A stretch of 64,000 nt of DNA. Origin: the human T2T-CHM13v2.0 reference genome, Homo sapiens. The notes beneath the pieces are model-generated. The model had not been told where the DNA came from and ran no database searches. It worked only from the letters and a program-made list of their open reading frames with translations. A program made the position numbers and the translations under genes. The stretch is taken from assembly GCF_009914755.1 (NCBI RefSeq), contig NC_060948.1. One strand, given 5' to 3'. The stretch's first letter is position 1, and each line of letters starts with the position of its first letter. Below, piece after piece: positions 27,054 to 41,319 of this stretch.

Positions 27054-30000
27054 GGCCTGGAATAAAGTGGAATGCTACGGTCTCGAATGGAATAAAAATG
27101 TATGGAATGGAATGCAATGAAACGGAATCGAATGTCATAGAATGTAATGGAATGCAAAAAAAACGGAATCCAAAATCATTGACTGGAAAGGCTGGGTGTC
27201 GAAAGGAATTGACTCCAATGGAATGGAATCGAATGGAATGGAAGTGAACAGAATCGAACTAAATCGAATGGAATGGAATTGATAGGAACGGAATGGAAAG
27301 GAATGCAATGATTTGGCATGGAATGGAATCGAATGGCATCGAATGGAATGGAATGGAATGCAATGGAATGGAATGTATTAGAATGTAATGAACTTTAATG
27401 GAATGTACTCGAATGGATTCGACTGGAATGGAATGTTCTGGAAGTGAAAGGACTCCAATGGAATGGATTCAAAAGGAATGGAATCGTACGGAATGGAATC
27501 TAATGGAATGCAATTAAATGGAAATGAATCAAATTGAATAGCACGGAATTGAATTGAATGGAATGGAATGCAATGGAATCTAATGAAACGGAAAGGAAAG
27601 GAATGGAATGGAATGGAATGGGCTGGAATGGAAAGGAATCGAAACGAATGGAATGGAATCGAACTGAAGAGACTGGAATGGAATGCACTGGAATGGAAGG
27701 GAGTGTAATGGAAGGTTCTCGAAAAAAATGGAATCGAATGGAATGGAATTGAATGGAACGGAATAGAGTCGAATGGAATTGAATGGAATGGAATGGACTA
27801 GAGTGAAATGGAATCGAACCACAAGGAATGGACAGGAATAGAATGGTCTCGAATTGAATGGAATCGTATGGAATGGCATCAAACGGAATGGAATGGACAG
27901 CCACGGAATGGAATGCACTCGAATGCAATGGAGTCGAAACAAATGGACTGGAATAGAATGGACTCGACTGGTACGGACTCCAATGGAATGGAATCGAATG
28001 GAAGGGAATCGAACGGAAGGGAATCGAACGGAATGGACTCGAAGGGAAAAGACTGCAATGGAAAGGTCTCGAATGGAATGGAAATTAATGGAATGGAATG
28101 GAATCTAATGAAATGGAGTCAAAAGGAATGGAATCGAATGGCAAGAAATCGAATGTAATGGAATCGTCAGGAATTGATGTGAACGGAACGGAATGGAATG
28201 GAATCCAAAGGAATGGAATAGAATGGAATGGAATCGAATGGAAAGGACTCGAATGGAAATCACTCGAATAGAATGCAATTTAATAAAATGGGATCTAATG
28301 GAATGGAATGGAAAGGAATTGAAACGAAAGGAATGGAGACAGATGGAATGGAATGGAACAGAGAGCAATGGTATAGAATGGAATGGAATCATCTGGAATG
28401 GAATTGAATGGAATGGAATAATATGAAATGGAATGGAATGGAATGGAATGGAATGCCCTTGAATTAAATGGACTGGAATGGAATGGACTCAAACAGAGTG
28501 GAATGGAAAGTGTGGAGATAGAATGGAATGAACTCCTTTGGAATGGTGTAGTATGCAATGCAATCGACTGGCAGGGAATCAAAAGGAATGTAATCGAATG
28601 GATTGGACTGGAATGCAATGGACTCGAATAGATTGGAAACGGAATGCAAAGGAATGGAATGGAATAGTATGGAATGCAATGGAAGGGAATGGAGTGGAAT
28701 AGACTAGAGTGGAATGGAATGGACTGCAAAGCAATGGACTGGAATGGAACATTCTTGGATGGACTGGAATCAAACGGAATGGAATGCAATGCAATCAAAT
28801 GGCATGGAATAAAATAGAATGAAAGAGAATCAAATGGAATTGAATCGAATGGAATCGAATGGATTGGAAAGGAATAGAATGGAATGGAATGGAATTGACT
28901 CAAATGGAATGGACTAGAATGGAATGGATTCGAATGGAAGGCAAAGGAATGGAATCTATTGGAATGGACTGTAATGGAATGGAATGGAAGGGATTGGAAT
29001 GGACTCGAATGGAATGGACTGCAATAGAAAGGATTCGAATGGAATGAAAAAGAATTGAATGGAATAGAACAGAATGGAATCAAATCGAATGGAATGGAAT
29101 GGAATAGAAAGGAATGGAATGAAATGGAATGGAAAGGATTCGAATGGAATGCAATCGAATGGAATGGAATCGAACGGAATGGAATAAAATGGAAGAAAAC
29201 TGGCAAGAAATGGAATCGAAATGAATGGAGTGTTATGGAACGGACTCAAAAGGAATTGAATGTAATAGAATGGAGTGGAGTGGACTCGAATATAATGGAC
29301 TGGAATGGAATGAAATCACATGGAATGGGAACGAATGGAATGGAATGGAAAGGAATGGAATCGAATGGAAAGGAATCGAATGGAAGGAAATGAAATTGAA
29401 TCAACACGAATGGAAGGGAATAGAATAGACTGTAATGGAATGGACTCGAATAGAATGGACACGAATGCTCAAATTAAATGGACTCGAATGGAATGGAAAC
29501 GAAAGGAATGTCATCGAATGGAATTGAATCGATTGGAATGAAATCGCATAGAATGGAGTGGAATCAAATGGAATTGAATCGAAAGGAAAGGAAGCGAATG
29601 GACTGAAATGAAATGGAATGGAATTGAATGGAAAGTAATGCAATGGAATAGAATGGAACGAAATTTCACGGAATGGAATCAAACTGAATGGAATCAAATC
29701 AATGGAATCAAATCAAATGGAATGGAAAGGAATTGAATGGAGTAGATGGGATTGGATGGGATTGGAATGAAATGTACTGGAAAGGACTCGAATTTCATGA
29801 AACGGAATGGAATGAATTGGAACGGAATGGACTCGAATGGAATGGAATGTCATGGGATGGCATCAAATGGAATGGCATCAAATGGAATGGAATCGAATGC
29901 AATGGAATGCTATGGAATGGAATGGAATGCATTGGAATGGAATGTCCTCTAATGGAATGGATTCGAGTGGAATGGAATTGAATATAATGGAGTCGAATGA

Positions 30001-30633
30001 AATGGAATTGAAAGGAATGGGATCGAATACAATGGAATATACTGGAATGTAACGTAATGAACTCGAATGTAATTGACTGGAATGGAATGTACATGAATGG
30101 AATGTAATCGAATGGAAAGTAATCCAATGGAATAGAATCTAATGCAATAAAATCGACTCAGATAGAGTAGAATGTAATGGAATGGAGTGCAGTGCAAAGG
30201 AATGGAATGGAATGGAATGCAATGGAATGGAATGGAATGGAATGGAATGGAATGGAATGGAATGGAATGGGATGGAATGGTATGGAATGGATAGTAATAG
30301 ACTGGAGTGAAATGGACTGGAAAGGAATGGACTCAAATTGAAAGGGCTCGAAAGGAATGGAGTCAAATGGAATGGTCTGGAATGGAATGAACACGAATGT
30401 AATGCAACCCAATAGAATGGAATCGAATGGCATGGAATATAAAGAAATGGAATCGAAGAGAATGGAAACAAATGGAATGGAATTGAATGGAATGGAATTG
30501 AATGGAATGGGAACGAATGGAGTGAAATTGTATGCAGTAGAAGAGAATAGAATGGAATGCAAGCGAAAGGAAAGGAATGGATTGGAATGGAATGGAATTC
30601 ATTGGAATGGAAGGGAATGTAGTGTAATGGACA
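27054..30633 (+). repeat. DYZ1 unit U8, 3,580 bp, divergent junction unit
   Basis: GGCC spacing; 1-bp A insertion near 27156-27163, 5-bp deletion near 28295, many private SNVs. Confidence 0.9.
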
Positions 30634-33600
30634 GGCCTGGAATAAAGTGGAATGCTACGGTCTCGAATGGAATAAAAATGTATGGAATGGAATGCAATGA
30701 AACGGAATCGAATGTCATAGAATGTAATGGAATGCAAAAAAATGGAATCCAAAATCATTGACTGGAAAGGCTGGGTGTCGAAAGGAATTGACTCCAATGG
30801 AATGGAATCGAATGGAATGGAAGTGAATAGAATCGAACTAAATCGAATGGAATGGAATTGATAGGAACGGAATGGAAAAGAATGCAATGATTTGGCATGG
30901 AATGGAATCGAATGGCATCGAATGGAATGGAATGGAATGCAATGGAATGGAATGTATTAGAATGGAATGAACTTTAATGGAATGTACTCGAATGGATTCG
31001 ACTGGAATGGAATGTTCTGGAAGTGAATGGACTCCAATGGAATGGATTCAAAAGGAATGGAATCGTACGGAATGGAATCTAATGGAATGGAATTAAATGG
31101 AAATGAATCAAATTGAATAGCACGGAATTGAATTGAATGGAATGGAATGCAATGGAATCTAATGAAACGGAAAGGAAAGGAATGGAATGGAATGGAATGG
31201 GCTGGAATGGAAAGGAATCGAAACGAATGGAATGGAATCGAAGTGAAGAGACTGGAATGGAATGCACTGGAATGGAAGGGAGTGTAATGGAAGGTTGTCG
31301 AAAAAAATGGAATCGAATGGAATGGAATTGAATGGAACGGAATAGAGTCGAATGGAATTGAATGGAATGGAATGGACTAGAGTGAAATGGAATCGAACCA
31401 CAAGGAATGGACAGGAATAGAATGGTCTCGAATTGAATGGAATCGTATGGAATGGCATCAAACGGAATGGAATGGACAGCCACGGAATGGAATGCACTCG
31501 AATGCAATGGAGTCGAAACTAATGGACTGGAATAGAATGGACTCGACTGGTACGGACTCCAATGGAATGGAATCGAATGGAAGGGAATCGAACGGAATGG
31601 ACTCGAAGGGAAAAGACTGCAATGGAAAGGTCTCGAATGGAATGGAAATTAATGGAATGGAATGGAATCGAATGAAATGGAGTCAAAAGGAATGGAATCG
31701 AATGGCAAGAAATCGAATGTAATGGAATCGCCAGGAATTGATGTGAACGGAACGGAATGGAATGGAATCCAAAGGAATGGAATAGAATGGAATGGAATCG
31801 AATGGAAAGGACTCGAATGGAAATCACTCGAATAGAATGCAATTTAATAAAATAGGATCAAATGTAATGGAATGGAATGGAAAGGAATCGAAACGAAAGG
31901 AATGGAGACAGATGGAATGGAATGGAACAGAGAGCAATGGTATAGAACGGAATGGAATCATCTGGAATGGAATTGAATGGAATGGAATAATATGAAATGG
32001 AATGGAATGGAATGGAATGGAATGCCCTTGAATTAAATGGACTGGAATGGAATGGACTCAAACAGAGTGGAATGGAAAGTGTGGAGATAGAATGGAGTGA
32101 ACTCCTTTGGAATGGTGTAGTATGCAATGCAATCGACTGGCAGGGAATCAAAAGGAATGTAATCGAATGGATTGGACTGGAATGCAATGGACTCGAATAG
32201 ATTGGAAACGGAATGCAAAGGAATGGAATGGAATAGTATGGAATGCAATGGAAGGGAATGGAGTGGAATAGACTAGAGTGGAATGGAATGGACTGGAAAG
32301 CAATGGACTGGAATGGAACTTTCTTGGATGGACTGGAATCAAACGGAATGGAATGCAATGCAATCAAATGGCATGGAATAAATTAGAATGAAAGAGAATC
32401 AAATGGAATTGAATCGAATGGAATCGAATGGATTGTAAAGGAATAGAATGGAATGGAATGGAATTGACTCAAATGGAATGGACTAGAATGGAATGGATTC
32501 GAATGGAAGGCAAAGGAATGGAATCTATTGGAATGGACTGTAATGGAATGGAATGGAAGGGATTGGAATGGACTCGAATGGAATGGACTGCAATAGAAAG
32601 GATTCGAATGGAATGAAAAAGAATTGAATGGAATAGAACAGAATGGAATCAAATCGAATGAAATGGAATGGAATAGAAAGGAATGGAATGAAATGGAATG
32701 GAAAGGATTCGAATGGAATGCAATCGAATGGAATGGAATCGAACGGAATGGAATAAAATGGAAGAAAACTGGCAAGAAATGGAATCGAAATGAATGGAGT
32801 GTTATGGAACGGACTCAAAAGGAATTGAATGTAATAGAATGGAGTGGAGTGGACTCGAATATAATGGACTGGAATGGAATGAAATCACATGGAATGGGAA
32901 CGAATGGAATGGAATGGAAAGGAATGGAATCGAATGGAAAGGAATCGAATGGAAGGGAATGAAATTGAATCAACACGAATGGAAGGGAATAGAATAGACT
33001 GTAATGGAATGGACTCGAATAGAATGGACACGAATGCTCAAATTAAATGGACTCGAATGGAATGGAAACGAAAGGAATGTCATCGAATGGAATTGAATCG
33101 ATTGGAATGAAATCGCATAGAATGGAGTGGAATCAAATGGAATTGAATCGAAAGGAAAGGAAGCGAATGGACTGAAATGAAATGGAATGGAATTGAATGG
33201 AAAGTAATGCAATGGAATAGAATGGAACGAAATTTCACGGAATGGAATCAAACTGAATGGAATCAAATCAATGGAATCAAATCAAATGGAATGGAAAGGA
33301 ATTGAATGGAGTAGATGGGATTGGATGGGATTGGAATGAAATGTACTGGAAAGGACTCGAATTTCATGAAACGGAATGGAATGAATTGGAACGGAATGGA
33401 CTCGAATGGAATGGAATGTCATGGGATGGCATCAAATGGAATGGCATCAAATGGAATGGAATCGAATGCAATGGAATGCTATGGAATGGAATGGAATGCA
33501 TTGGAATGGAATGTCATCTAATGGAATGGATTCGAGTGGAATGGAATTGAATATAATGGAGTCGAATGAAATGGAATTGAAAGGAATGGGATCGAATACA

Positions 33601-34202
33601 ATGGAATATACTGGAATGTAACGTAATGAACTCGAATGTAATTGACTGGAATGGAATGTACATGAATGGAATGTAACCGAATGGAAAGTAATCCAATGGA
33701 ATAGAATCTAATGCAATAAAATCGACTAAGATAGAGTAGAATGTAATGGAATGGAGTGCAGTGCAATGGAATGGAATGGAATGGAATGCAATGGAATGGA
33801 ATGGAATGGAATGGAATGGAATGGAATGGAATGGAATGGGATGGAATGGTATGGAATGGATAGTAATGGACTGGAGTGAAATGGACTGGAAAGGAATGGA
33901 CTCAAATTGAAAGGGCTCGAAAGGAATGGAGTCAAATGGAATGGTCTGGAATGGAATGAACACGAATGTAATGCAACCCAATAGAATGGAATCGAATGGC
34001 ATGGAATATAAAGAAATGGAATCGAAGAGAATGGAAACAAATGGAATGGAATTGAATGGAATGGAATTGAATGGAATGGGAACGAATGGAGTGAAATTGT
34101 ATGCAGTAGAAGAGAATAGAATGGAATGCAAGCGAAAGGAAAGGAATGGATTGGAATGGAATGGAATTCATTGGAATGGAAGGGAATGTAGTGTAATGGA
34201 CA
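30634..34202 (+). repeat. DYZ1 unit U9, 3,569 bp
   Basis: GGCC spacing; 15-bp deletion near 31585; gtaaccgaat near 33673 and gactaagata near 33724. Confidence 0.9.
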
Positions 34203-37200
34203 GGCCTGGAATAAAGTGGAATGCTACGGTCTCGAATGGAATAAAAATGTATGGAATGGAATGCAATGAAACGGAATCGAATGTCATAGAATGTAATGGA
34301 ATGCAAAAAAATGGAATCCAAAATCATTGACTGGAAAGGCTGGGTGTCGAAAGGAATTGACTCCAATGGAATGGAATCGAATGGAATGGAAGTGAATAGA
34401 ATCGAACTAAATCGAATGGAATGGAATTGATAGGAACGGAATGGAAAGGAATGCAATGATTTGGTATGGAATGGAATCGAATGGCATCGAATGGAATGGA
34501 ATGGAATGCAATGGAATGGAATGTATTAGAATGTAATGAACTTTAATGGAATGTACTCGAATGGATTCGACTGGAATGGAATGTTCTGGAAGTGAATGGA
34601 CTCCAATGGAATGGATTCAAAAGGAATGGAATCGTACGGAATGGAATCTAATGGAATGCAATTAAATGGAAATGAATCAAATTGAATAGCACGGAATTGA
34701 ATTGAATGGAATGGAATGCAATGGAATCTAATGAAACGGAAAGGAAAGGAATGGAATGGAATGGAATGGGCTGGAATGGAAAGGAATCGAAACGAATGGA
34801 ATGGAATCGAAGTGAAGAGACTGGAATGGAATGCACTGGAATGGAAGGGAGTGTAATGGAAGGTTGTCGAAAAAAATGGAATCGAATGGAATGGAATTGA
34901 ATGGAACGGAATAGAGTCGAATGGAATTGAATGGAATGGAATGGACTAGAGTGAAATGGAATCGAACCACAAGGAATGGACAGGAATAGAATGGTCTCGA
35001 ATTGAATGGAATCGTATGGAATGGCATCAAACGGAATGGAATGGACAGCCACGGAATGGAATGCACTCGAATGCAATGGAGTCGAAACTAATGGACTGGA
35101 ATAGAATGGACTCGACTGGTACGGACTCCAATGGAATGGAATCGAATGGAAGGGAATCGAACGGAAGGGAATCGAACGGAATGGACTCGAAGGGAAAAGA
35201 CTGCAATGGAAAGGTCTCGAATGGAATGGAAATTAATGGAATGGAATGGAATCGAATGAAATGGAGTCAAAAGGAATGGAATCGAATGGCAAGAAATCTA
35301 ATGTAATGGAATCGCCAGGAATTGATGTGAACGGAACGGAATGGAATGGAATCCAAAGGAATGGAATAGAATGGAATGGAATCGAATGGAAAGGACTCGA
35401 ATGGAAATCACTCGAATAGAATGCAATTTAATAAAATAGGATCAAATGTAATGGAATGGAATGGAAAGGAATTGAAACGAAAGGAATGGAGACAGATGGA
35501 ATGGAATGGAACAGAGAGCAATGGTATAGAATGGAATGGAATCATCTGGAATGGAATTGAATGGAATGGAATAATATGAAATGGAATGGAATGGAATGGA
35601 ATGGAATGCCCTTGAATTAAATGGACTGGAATGGAATGGACTCAAACAGAGTGGAATGGAAAGTGTGGAGATAGAATGGAATGAACTCCTTTGGAATGGT
35701 GTAGTATGCAATGCAATCGACTAGCAGGGAATCAAAAGGAATGTAATCGAATGGATTGGACTGGAATGCAATGGACTCGAATAGATTGGAAACGGAATGC
35801 AAAGGAATGGAATGGAATAGTATGGAATGCAATGGAAGGGAATGGAGTCTAATAGACTAGAGTGGAATGGAATGGACTGGAAAGCAATGGACTGGAATGG
35901 AACTTTCTTGTATGGACTGGAATCAAACGGAATGGAATGCAATGCAATCAAATGGCATGGAATAAAATAGAATGAAAGAGAATCAAATGGAATTGAATCG
36001 AATGGAATCGAATGGATTGGAAAGGAATAGAATGGAATGGAATGGAATTGACTCAAATGGAATGGACTAGAATGGAATGGATTCGAATGGAAGGCAAAGG
36101 AATGGAATCTATTGGAATGGACTGTAATGGAATGGAATGGAAGGGATTCGAATGGACTCGAATGGAATGGACTGCAATAGAAAGGATTCGAATGGAATGA
36201 AAAAGAATTGAATGGAATAGAACAGAATGGAATGAAATCGAATGAAATGGAATGGAATAGAAAGGAATGGAATGAAATGGAATGGAAAGGATTCGAATGG
36301 AATGCAATCGAATGGAATGGAATCGAACGGAATGGAATAAAATGGAAGAAAACTGGCAAGAAATGGAATCGAAATGAATGGAGTGTTATGGAACGGACTC
36401 AAAAGGAATTGAATGTAATAGAATGGAGTGGAGTGGACTCGAATATAATGGACTGGAATGGAATGAAATCACATGGAATGGGAACGAATGGAATGGAATG
36501 GAAAGGAATGGAATCGAATGGAAAGGAATCGAATGGAAGGAAATGAAATTGAATCAACACGAATGGAAGGGAATAGAATAGACTGTAATGGAATGGACTC
36601 GAATAGAATGGACACGAATGCTCAAATTAAATGGACTCGAATGGAATGGAAACGAAAGGAATGTCATCGAATGGAATTGAATCGATTGGAATGAAATCGC
36701 ATAGAATGGAGTGGAATCAAATGGAATTGAATCGAAAGGAAAGGAAGCGAATGGACTGAAATGAAATGGAATGGAATTGAATGGAAAGTAATGCAATGGA
36801 ATAGAATGGAACGAAATTTCACGGAATGGAATCAAACTGAATGGAATCAAATCAATGGAATCAAATCAAATGGAATGGAAAGGAATTGAATGGAGTAGAT
36901 GGGATTGGATGGGATTGGAATGAAATGTACTGGAAAGGACTCGAATTTCATGAAACGGAATGGAATGAATTGGAACGGAATGGACTCGAATGGAATGGAA
37001 TGTCATGGGATGGCATCAAATGGAATGGCATCAAATGGAATGGAATCGAATGCAATGGAATGCTATGGAATGGAATGGAATGCATTGGAATGGAATGTCC
37101 TCTAATGGAATGGATTCGAGTGGAATGGAATTGAATATAATGGAGTCGAATGAAATGGAATTGAAAGGAATGGGATCGAATACAATGGAATATACTGGAA

Positions 37201-37761
37201 TGTAACGTAATGAACTCGAATGTAATTGACTGGAATGGAATGTACATGAATGGAATGTAATCGAATGGAAAGTAATCCAATGGAATAGAATCTAATGCAA
37301 TAAAATCGACTCAGATAGAGTAGAATGTAATGGAATGGAGTGCAGTGCAATGGAATGGAATGGAATGGAATGCAATGGAATGGAATGGAATGGAATGGGA
37401 TGGAATGGTATGGAATGGATAGTAATAGACTGGAGTGAAATGGACTGGAAAGGAATGGACTCAAATTGAAAGGGCTCGAAAGGAATGGAGTCAAATGGAA
37501 TGGTCTGGAATGGAATGAACACGAATGTAATGCAACCCAATAGAATGGAATCGAATGGCATGGAATATAAAGAAATGGAATCGAAGAGAATGGAAACAAA
37601 TGGAATGGAATTGAATGGAATGGAATTGAATGGAATGGGAACGAATGGAGTGAAATTGTATGCAGTAGAAGAGAATAGAATGGAATGCAAGCGAAAGGAA
37701 AGGAATGGATTGGAATGGAATGGAATTCATTGGAATGGAAGGGAATGTAGTGTAATGGACA
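34203..37761 (+). repeat. DYZ1 unit U10, 3,559 bp
   Basis: GGCC spacing; variant cluster 35.3-36.5 kb; short tract (ATGGA)4. Confidence 0.9.
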
Positions 37762-40700
37762 GGCCTGGAATAAAGTGGAATGCTACGGTCTCGAATGGAA
37801 TAAAAATGTATGGAATGGAATGCAATGAAACGGAATCGAATGTCATAGAATGTAATGGAATGCAAAAAAATGGAATCCAAAATCATTGACTGGAAAGGCT
37901 GGGTGTCGAAAGGAATTGACTCCAATGGAATGGAATCGAATGGAATGGAAGTGAATAGAATCGAACTAAATCGAATGGAATGGAATTGATAGGAACGGAA
38001 TGGAAAAGAATGCAATGATTTGGCATGGAATGGAATCGAATGGCATCGAATGGAATGGAATGGAATGCAATGGAATGGAATGTATTAGAATGGAATGAAC
38101 TTTAATGGAATGTACTCGAATGGATTCGACTGGAATGGAATGTTCTGGAAGTGAATGGACTCCAATGGAATGGATTCCAAAGGAATGGAATCGTACGGAA
38201 TGGAATCTAATGGAATGGAATTAAATGGAAATGAATCAAATTGAATAGCACGGAATTGAATTGAATGGAATGGAATGCAATGGAATCTAATGAAACGGAA
38301 AGGAAAGGAATGGAATGGAATGGAATGGGCTGGAATGGAAAGGAATCGAAACGAATGGAATGGAATCGAAGTGAAGAGACTGGAATGGAATGCACTGGAA
38401 TGGAAGGGAGTGTAATGGAAGGTTCTCGAAAAAAATGGAATCGAATGGAATGGAATTGAATGGAACGGAATAGAGTCGAATGGAATTGAATGGAATGGAA
38501 TGGACTAGAGTGAAATGGAATCGAACCACAAGGAATGGACAGGAATAGAATGGTCTCGAATTGAATGGAATCGTATGGAATGGCATCAAACGGAATGGAA
38601 TGGACAGCCACGGAATGGAATGCACTCGAATGCAATGGAGTCGAAACTAATGGACTGGAATAGAATGGACTCGACTGGTACGGACTCCAATGGAATGGAA
38701 TCGAATGGAAGGGAATCGAACGGAATGGACTCGAAGGGAAAAGACTGCAATGGAAAGGTCTCGAATGGAATGGAAATTAATGGAATGGAATGGAATCGAA
38801 TGAAATGGAGTCAAAAGGAATGGAATCGAATGGCAAGAAATCGAATGTAATGGAATCGCCAGGAATTGATGTGAACGGAACGGAATGGAATGGAATCCAA
38901 AGGAATGGAATAGAATGGAATGGAATCGAATGGAAAGGACTCGAATGGAAATCACTCGAATAGAATGCAATTTAATAAAATAGGATCAAATGTAATGGAA
39001 TGGAATGGAAAGGAATCGAAACGAAAGGAATGGAGACAGATGGAATGGAATGGAACAGAGAGCAATGGTATAGAACGGAATGGAATCATCTGAATGGAAT
39101 TGAATGGAATGGAATAATATGAAATGGAATGGAATGGAATGGAATGGAATGCCCTTGAATTAAATGGACTGGAATGGAATGGACTCAAACAGAGTGGAAT
39201 GGAAAGTGTGGAGATAGAATGGAATGAACTCCTTTGGAATGGTGTAGTATGCAATGCAATCGACTGGCAGGGAATCAAAAGGAATGTAATCGAATGGATT
39301 GGACTGGAATGCAATGGACTCGAATAGATTGGAAACGGAATGCAAAGGAATGGAATGGAATAGTATGGAATGCAATGGAAGAGAATGGAGTGGAATAGAC
39401 TAGAGTGGAATGGAATGGACTGGAAAGCAATGGACTGGAATGGAACTTTCTTGGATGGACTGGAATCAAACGGAATGGAATGCAATGCAATCAAATGGCA
39501 TGGAATAAATTAGAATGAAAGAGAATCAAATGGAATTGAATCGAATGGAATCGAATGGATTGGAAAGGAATAGAATGGAATGGAATGGAATTGACTCAAA
39601 TGGAATGGACTAGAATGGAATGGATTCGAATGGAAGGCAAAGGAATGGAATCTATTGGAATGGACTGTAATGGAATGGAATGGAAGGGATTGGAATGGAC
39701 TCGAATGGAATGGACTGCAATAGAAAGGATTCGAATGGAATGAAAAAGAATTGAATGGAATAGAACAGAATGGAATCAAATCGAATGAAATGGAATGGAA
39801 TAGAAAGGAATGGAATGAAATGGAATGGAAAGGATTCGAATGGAATGCAATCGAATGGAATGGAATCGAACGGAATGGAATAAAATGGAAGAAAACTGGC
39901 AAGAAATGGAATCGAAATGAATGGAGTGTTATGGAACGGACTCAAAAGGAATTGAATGTAATAGAATGGAGTGGAGTGGACTCGAATATAATGGACTGGA
40001 ATGGAATGAAATCACATGGAATGGGAACGAATGGAATGGAATGGAAAGGAATGGAATCGAATGGAAAGGAATCGAATGGAAGGGAATGAAATTGAATCAA
40101 CACGAATGGAAGGGAATAGAATAGACTGTAATGGAATGGACTCGAATAGAATGGACACGAATGCTCAAATTAAATGGACTCGAATGGAATGGAAACGAAA
40201 GGAATGTCATCGAATGGAATTGAATCAATTGGAATGAAATCGCATAGAATGGAGTGGAATCAAATGGAATTGAATCGAAAGGAAAGGAAGCGAATGGACT
40301 GAAATGAAATGGAATGGAATTGAATGGAAAGTAATGCAATGGAATAGAATGGAACGAAATTTCACGGAATGGAATCAAACTGAATGGAATCAAATCAATG
40401 GAATCAAATCAAACGGAATGGAAAGGAATTGAATGGAGTAGATGGGATTGGATGGGATTGGAATGAAATGTACTGGAAAGGACTCGAATTTCATGAAACG
40501 GAATGGAATGAATTGGAACGGAATGGACTCGAATGGAATGGAATGTCATGGGATGGCATCAAATGGAATGGCATCAAATGGAATGGAATCGAATGCAATG
40601 GAATGCTATGGAATGGAATGGAATGCATTGGAATGGAATGTCCTCTAATGGAATGGATTCGAGTGGAATGGAATTGAATATAATGGAGTCGAATGAAATG

Positions 40701-41319
40701 GAATTGAAAGGAATGGGATCGAATACAATGGAATATACTGGAATGTAACGTAATGAACTCGAATGTAATTGACTGGAATGGAATGTACATGAATGGAATG
40801 TAATCGAATGGAAAGTAATCCAATGGAATAGATTCTAATGCAATAAAATCGACTCAGATAGAGTAGAATGTAATGGAATGGAGTGCAGTGCAATGGAATG
40901 GAATGGAATGGAATGCAATGGAATGGAATGGAATGGAATGGAATGGAATGGAATGGGATGGAATGGTATGGAATGGATAGTAATGGACTGGAGTGAAATG
41001 GACTGGAAAGGAATGGACTCAAATTGAAAGGGCTCGAAAGGAATGGAGTCAAATGGAATGGTCTGGAATGGAATGAACACGAATGTAATGCAACCCAATA
41101 GAATGGAATCGAATGGCATGGAATATAAAGAAATGGAATCGAAGAGAATGGAAACAAAGGGAATGGAATTGAATGGAATGGAATTGAATGGAATGGGAAC
41201 GAATGGAGTGAAATTGTATGCAGTAGAAGAGAATAGAATGGAATGCAAGCGAAAGGAAAGGAATGGATTGGAATGGAATGGAATTCATTGGAATGGAAGG
41301 GAATGTAGTGTAATGGACA
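37762..41319 (+). repeat. DYZ1 unit U11, 3,558 bp
   Basis: GGCC spacing; 15-bp deletion near 38715; 1-bp deletion near 39092; (ATGGA)7. Confidence 0.9.

Noticed and set aside
26777-27247. Extended 156-aa ORF with a novel basic tail (KKRNPKS...)
   Set aside because: It is only a frameshift from the 1-bp A insertion in the U8 homopolymer, which could also be a sequencing error.
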